The notes under the pieces were generated by a model. The model saw only the letters and a list, made by a program, of their open reading frames with translations, was not told where the DNA came from and did no database searches. DNA of 63,874 nt, counting the filler, from an uncultured Methanosarcinales archaeon (GTDB taxonomy: Archaea > Nanobdellota > Nanobdellia > Woesearchaeales > JABMPP01), in the NCBI GenBank assembly GCA_964604995.1. It is 3 parts of 3 records of this genome, joined end to end, with 100 filler letters (N's around TTAATTAATTAA, not from the genome) between each part and the next. Parts side by side here need not be neighbours in the genome. Positions count along the whole stretch, not along the records: positions 59,178 to 63,874 come from CAZSAD010000056.1; 2 more parts are not named here. The stretch is one strand, 5' to 3'. Position numbers and translations under genes: made by a program. Positions 59,215 to 63,874 of this stretch are shown here, one piece after another (within the stretch, counting starts at the first letter, position 1; every line of letters starts with the position of its first letter).

Positions 59215-61401
59215 ATGGATGGTTATGATTTTGATAAATATTTTAATATAACGTGGAATAGATTAGATACAGATATTAAAAATTTCCCTAATTTTAATAG
59301 AAGTGCAGTAATAAGCTTTTATGATTTAGGATTCCTTAGTCAAGTTACACCTTCAATAACAAGAAATAATGAAGAGTGTATTGCACCTAATTGTGAAATA
59401 TTAAATTATACAAATAATTCAATTGTATTTAATGTGAGTATATTAAATGGCACTTATATGTTAATTGGTCATCAAGTTCTAAAAGTTTGGGATGATACAA
59501 TTTATTATACGAGATATGTTAATGAAAGTGTAAGATTATATGCTAATTTTAGTTATGTTAATGGAACATCAATTAGTAATGGAATATGCGATATGGATTT
59601 TAGTGGGCTAAATGATGAAGTACCTCGCAGAATGAATTATAATTCTACAATTAGATTATTTACTTATAATAGAACTTTTACAAAACCTGGGGATTTTATT
59701 TGGAGTGTAACTTGCCAAAATGAATATTCGATAACTGCAAGCAATACGACAAAAATAACCAATCGTGTCCCTATTTTTAAAAGTCAAATGCCCAATGAAA
59801 CATGGAATCAAAATACTATTTTAACAGGTAGAGATCTTGATGATTATTTTATTGATCCTGATGGTGAAACTCTTAATTATAGTTACACTGCAGTACAAGA
59901 TATAGAGGTAAGTATTGATTCAAAACATGTAATAACATTAACACCAAAACCTAGTTTTTTTGGTAATAGAACAATTATTTATTATGCATATGATGCTGCA
60001 CTTGCTAGGGCAGAGAGTAATATTATTTATTTGACAGTTATAGAAGTACCTGCTGTTGCAACTCCTCCCATTCCATCTGGTGGAGATGGTGGTGGAGGTG
60101 GAGCTGCTGCAAGCACTTGTATTGAAAAGTGGAATTGTTTAGAGTGGAAAGAGTGTTTGCCTACAAACTTACAAATAAGAGAATGCTATGAACAAAATGG
60201 AGATTGTAACACTACATTTAATAAACCTCAACTAAGTAAGCAATGCTATTATTTTCCAACGTGTTATGATTACATAAAAAATGGACAAGAAGAAGGAGTT
60301 GATTGTGGTGGACCAATATGTAAACCTTGTGCAACTTGCGAAGATAGTTTACAAAATCAAGGTGAAGAAGGAGTTGATTGTGGTGGACCTTGCAATGCAT
60401 GCCCATCATGTTACGACGGAATACAAAACGGAGGAGAAGTAGGAGTTGATTGTGGTGTTTTATGTGGTCCTTGTCCAACATGTTATGATGGGATAATCAA
60501 TCAACACGAAACAGATATAGATTGTGGAGGGGAATGCTCTAATTGCCCAACTTGTGAAGATAGTTTACAAAATCAAGGTGAGGAAGGAGTTGATTGTGGT
60601 GGGCCTTGCAATGCATGTTCAACTTTAGAATTACTTTCACCACAAAAAAGCACTTTATTTTGGACAATAATTTTGTTAATATTCATAATTAGTATTTTAT
60701 ATATAATAAAAAGAAAGAGTATTAATTTATTTTTAGCTAGAGGCAAAGAAACTTTACTACCATTTATGACCAAAGACAAAAAAAGACAAAAAAAGGATAT
60801 AGTTGAACTTGCTAAAGAAGCCATTGATAAAATAAATGCTTTGGAAAGTAAAATTAAAATTATTTCCAATCAAGAAATATTTAGTCTTGTTTGGAATATA
60901 ACTAAAAAGTTTTTTATGATTGCATTTGAGATAAAAGAAAAAGTAGACTATGAATCAATAAAGATTAACTGTGAAAAATTAGGTGTTGATAAAAAATCAG
61001 TTGAAAAATTGCTTGATTTTGTAAAAAATATGGAAGAGTTGATTTATAGTGAAATAAAATTTGATGATAAAAAATTACTTCAAATAAGCAATTATTCAAA
61101 AAAAGCAATACAACATGCAGTTAAAGCAGTATTGAACATTAAAGAGACTAACATTAAGAAAACTGAAAAAGATGAGATAAAAGTAGAAGAACTTTCAAAA
61201 AAAGAGTCGGATGGATTAGAAGAGAATATAACTAAATGCAAAGATTGCATTAACAAAGAAGATATCAAAAGAGCAAAAGAGATTTATGAAAAGATAAAGG
61301 AGAGATATGAAAAATTAGAGGTTGATAAAAAGAAAAAATATTATGATAAAATAAAAGAGATCGCAATTGATATAAATAAAAGGTTAGATGAAAAAGAATA
61401 A
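59215..61401 (+). CDS. Cell-surface protein: Ig/cadherin-like domain, Gly linker, five Cys-rich DCGG-type repeats, TM, charged cytoplasmic tail (probably 5'-truncated by the gap)
   Basis: NRVP..DLDDYF.DPDG, GGDGGGGG, C.D...N..E.GVDCGG.C repeats, hydrophobic LFWTIILLIFIISILYII. Confidence 0.85.
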   Translation: MDGYDFDKYFNITWNRLDTDIKNFPNFNRSAVISFYDLGFLSQVTPSITRNNEECIAPNCEILNYTNNSIVFNVSILNGTYMLIGHQVLKVWDDTIYYTRYVNESVRLYANFSYVNGTSISNGICDMDFSGLNDEVPRRMNYNSTIRLFTYNRTFTKPGDFIWSVTCQNEYSITASNTTKITNRVPIFKSQMPNETWNQNTILTGRDLDDYFIDPDGETLNYSYTAVQDIEVSIDSKHVITLTPKPSFFGNRTIIYYAYDAALARAESNIIYLTVIEVPAVATPPIPSGGDGGGGGAAASTCIEKWNCLEWKECLPTNLQIRECYEQNGDCNTTFNKPQLSKQCYYFPTCYDYIKNGQEEGVDCGGPICKPCATCEDSLQNQGEEGVDCGGPCNACPSCYDGIQNGGEVGVDCGVLCGPCPTCYDGIINQHETDIDCGGECSNCPTCEDSLQNQGEEGVDCGGPCNACSTLELLSPQKSTLFWTIILLIFIISILYIIKRKSINLFLARGKETLLPFMTKDKKRQKKDIVELAKEAIDKINALESKIKIISNQEIFSLVWNITKKFFMIAFEIKEKVDYESIKINCEKLGVDKKSVEKLLDFVKNMEELIYSEIKFDDKKLLQISNYSKKAIQHAVKAVLNIKETNIKKTEKDEIKVEELSKKESDGLEENITKCKDCINKEDIKRAKEIYEKIKERYEKLEVDKKKKYYDKIKEIAIDINKRLDEKE
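60332..60617 (+). repeat. Intragenic 70-bp near-identical repeat
   Basis: 60332-60401 and 60548-60617 differ at 3 positions, all synonymous. Confidence 0.9.
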
Positions 61402-61407
61402 ACTAAA

Positions 61408-63874
61408 ATGCAAATAAATAAAAAAATAAAAAAGCCTGGAAAAATTCAAAATAGATATAATTTGAATTATATAATGTTAGGATTAATTATTGTATTAGTT
61501 ACAATAATAACTATTAAAATAGTCTTAGCTATAAATCCAATTTTTATTAATATAGTTAATAATCAAAAATTCAATGCCACCCAAGATGAGAATTTTGTAT
61601 TTTATATTGAAGGAAATGATACTGATTTGCAGTATCCATTAAATTTTTCTATCGATAATTTTAATAATTTGACATCTTTTAATTATCAACTTTATAATGA
61701 TACAAGTGTACTTATAAATTTTACACCCGATAATGAGGATGTAGGATATTATACATTTTATATTACGGTGATAGATGATGGACCTGATAAAGAGTTTAAT
61801 CAGGTTAGAATATACATTAATGTAACAAATGTAAATGACCCACCAAATATTACATCTCATCTTCCTTTAAATTTTTCAATTAATACTACAGAAAATTATT
61901 CAAATGTTTTGTTTAGTTATAATGCAACTGATCCTGATTTAAGATATGGTGATGTTTTAAATAATACTTGGGCATTAGATGGAGATATATTAAGTAGTAA
62001 TATCAGTAATTTTACTTACTCTCCTAATTTTTGTGATGCTGGATTACATAATTTAACTTTAAATGTGACAGATCTTCTAGGATTGTATAATAATATAACC
62101 TGGTCAATAAGAGTGTATAATACTAACAGACCTCCAATATTTAATAGCACTACACCCTTACAAAATTTGACATGGAATGAAGATAATAATTTAATAGGAA
62201 ATTTTACATTACTAAATTATTTTAGTGATTTAGATTATCTTGAATGCAGTGATGCTAATAAAGATACTTTAAATTTTTCAGTTAGTGAAAATCATAACAT
62301 CACAATAACAATTAATCAAACAACAGGTAATGTTTCATTTTATCCTGCTGGAAATTGGTCAGGAAATGAAACTATAATATTTATGATTAATGATGGTAAT
62401 GCTACTACAAATAGTAATTTTGTTCAATTAATTATAAATAATACTCCTGACCCACCTAAATTCACATCAAATCAAAATAGAACATGGGCACAAGGATACC
62501 ATTATTATGAACAACTTAATAGTACTGATCCAGATTTATTATATGGTGATGTTTTGAATTATTCTTATGTATTAAATGATAGCTTCCAAAGATTTAATAT
62601 GACTAATTATGGTATAATAAATTTCACACCAAATATTAGTGATTTAGGTAACCACACAATTAACATTACAGTGATGGATTCTTTTGGTTTAAGTGATTCT
62701 GAATTGATTTATTTTATAATAATTAATAATTCAAATCCGAATCTTACACAACCTAATAACCAAACAGTAATAGAGCACCAACTTTTAAATTTGACAATAA
62801 CTGCAGAAGATTTAAATGGTGATTACTTAAATTTTACATATAACTATGATAAATTGCAAATGAATCAAATAAATTCTACGACAGTAAATATATATTTTAC
62901 ACCTGCCCATGTAGATGCTGGAAACCATAGTGTTACAATAACTGCAACAGATATTTATGGAGCTAGTGATTCAAAAACTTTTAACATCGAAGTTATATCA
63001 ATCAATGACCCACCCATATTATCTAGTATAGGCAATCAAGTTGCAAAAATTAATAGAACTTTTATTTTAAATTTGACAGTCGAAGATGAAGAGTTTGATG
63101 CACTTACTTTTTATTCTAATAATTCGTTGTTTAATATAACTGCATTAGAAAGTTATGGTTTGGCTATAATAAATTTTACACCAAATTCGGATCAGTTAGG
63201 AGAATATGCTATAAATGTGAGTGTTGTTGATGCTAGTAATTTATCAGATTTCGAAGTGTTTAATTTGACAATAACTTATAATAGAGACCCAAATATAACT
63301 GAAATTAGAAATCAGTCAGCATTTACTGGAATTTTATTTGAAATGAATATAACTGCACAAGATTTGGATTTTGATGTTATTAATATTACCACTAATTTTA
63401 GTAATTTCATACCTCGCAGAATAAATGCAAGTGCTTATAGTTTTAGTTTTGTACCCCTAACTTCAATGGTAGGTAATTACACAGTTCTTGTAATAGCAAA
63501 TGACTCAGATTTAGGAATAAGTAATTCTACTTTTATTTTAAATATAACAAGATATAATCACGCTCCTTTTTTCACTAATTTATCAAATTATACATGCAAT
63601 GTGAATGTAAGTTGTGTTTTTAATATAACTGGTTATGATATTGATGGAGATCAATTGAATTTTAATTTATCAATGTTTGATTATGCTTGGAGTGTTGTTA
63701 ATTCAACTTCAAATTCAACAACTTCGACATTTAATGTGCATGTTACAAATGTTACACTTTCACAATATGCATTAAATGTAACTATTGATGATGGTCTTGT
63801 GACAAACTATTCAACATTTTATATTAATGTAAATTATCCTCCAATAATTGATACATTTGAACCAACTAATTTAA
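61408..63874 (+). CDS. Large secreted cadherin/Ig-like tandem-repeat glycoprotein (runs off the window; absent from the ORF track)
   Basis: MQINKK...signal/TM, then roughly 95-100-aa units with DxD motifs and NDPP/NRPP/NHAP linkers; very dense N-x-S/T sequons. Confidence 0.88.
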   Translation, partial: MQINKKIKKPGKIQNRYNLNYIMLGLIIVLVTIITIKIVLAINPIFINIVNNQKFNATQDENFVFYIEGNDTDLQYPLNFSIDNFNNLTSFNYQLYNDTSVLINFTPDNEDVGYYTFYITVIDDGPDKEFNQVRIYINVTNVNDPPNITSHLPLNFSINTTENYSNVLFSYNATDPDLRYGDVLNNTWALDGDILSSNISNFTYSPNFCDAGLHNLTLNVTDLLGLYNNITWSIRVYNTNRPPIFNSTTPLQNLTWNEDNNLIGNFTLLNYFSDLDYLECSDANKDTLNFSVSENHNITITINQTTGNVSFYPAGNWSGNETIIFMINDGNATTNSNFVQLIINNTPDPPKFTSNQNRTWAQGYHYYEQLNSTDPDLLYGDVLNYSYVLNDSFQRFNMTNYGIINFTPNISDLGNHTINITVMDSFGLSDSELIYFIIINNSNPNLTQPNNQTVIEHQLLNLTITAEDLNGDYLNFTYNYDKLQMNQINSTTVNIYFTPAHVDAGNHSVTITATDIYGASDSKTFNIEVISINDPPILSSIGNQVAKINRTFILNLTVEDEEFDALTFYSNNSLFNITALESYGLAIINFTPNSDQLGEYAINVSVVDASNLSDFEVFNLTITYNRDPNITEIRNQSAFTGILFEMNITAQDLDFDVINITTNFSNFIPRRINASAYSFSFVPLTSMVGNYTVLVIANDSDLGISNSTFILNITRYNHAPFFTNLSNYTCNVNVSCVFNITGYDIDGDQLNFNLSMFDYAWSVVNSTSNSTTSTFNVHVTNVTLSQYALNVTIDDGLVTNYSTFYINVNYPPIIDTFEPTNL

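Noticed and set aside
60240..60620. Regularly spaced GGAGTTGATTGTGG repeats as a possible CRISPR array
   Set aside because: They are in-frame protein repeats (GVDCG) with synonymous variation and related spacers.
61639..61860. 73-aa minus-strand ORF
   Set aside because: It lies antisense within the long plus-strand surface-protein ORF starting at 61408.

Overview
This is a very AT-rich archaeal scaffold, most consistent with a DPANN (Woesearchaeota-like) genome. The lineage is inferred from archaeal informational genes (rpl21e-rpo4-DUF655, tfe, rps15, rpl37ae-rpo12-pcc1-pfdB, psmB-fttA, rpp21) mixed with bacterial-type metabolic genes (type I gap, pgk, rpiB, D-LDH-like, sodA, nrdR, cbiMNQO). 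It carries four tRNA genes (Ile-GAT, Asn-GTT, intron-containing Gln-CTG, Pro-TGG), a six-gene vWA/MoxR/DUF58 operon sitting between gap and pgk, an oxidative-stress/Fe-S cluster, a NikR-cbiMNQO / NrdR-cobO-dCMP deaminase cluster, and two large cell-surface proteins at the right end. Three assembly gaps (29668-29767, 30008-30017, 59078-59177) limit synteny claims. The most unusual signals are at tRNA genes. (1) An 823-bp, transposase-free element with GGGTAATA terminal inverted repeats and a 14-bp target-site duplication sits in a duplicated tRNA-Gln 3' end, with geometry matching casposon integration. It is nested at the edge of an 880-bp toxin-antitoxin mini-island. (2) A 173-bp multi-hairpin insert is flanked by a duplicated tRNA-Asn 5' end. 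(3) A tRNA-like remnant precedes a free-standing LAGLIDADG gene. Also notable are a Tam41 (mitochondrial-type CDP-diacylglycerol synthase) homolog, tandem NrdR boxes at an archaeal promoter, and several candidate structured RNAs. All calls come from visual motif recognition; no database searches were run.
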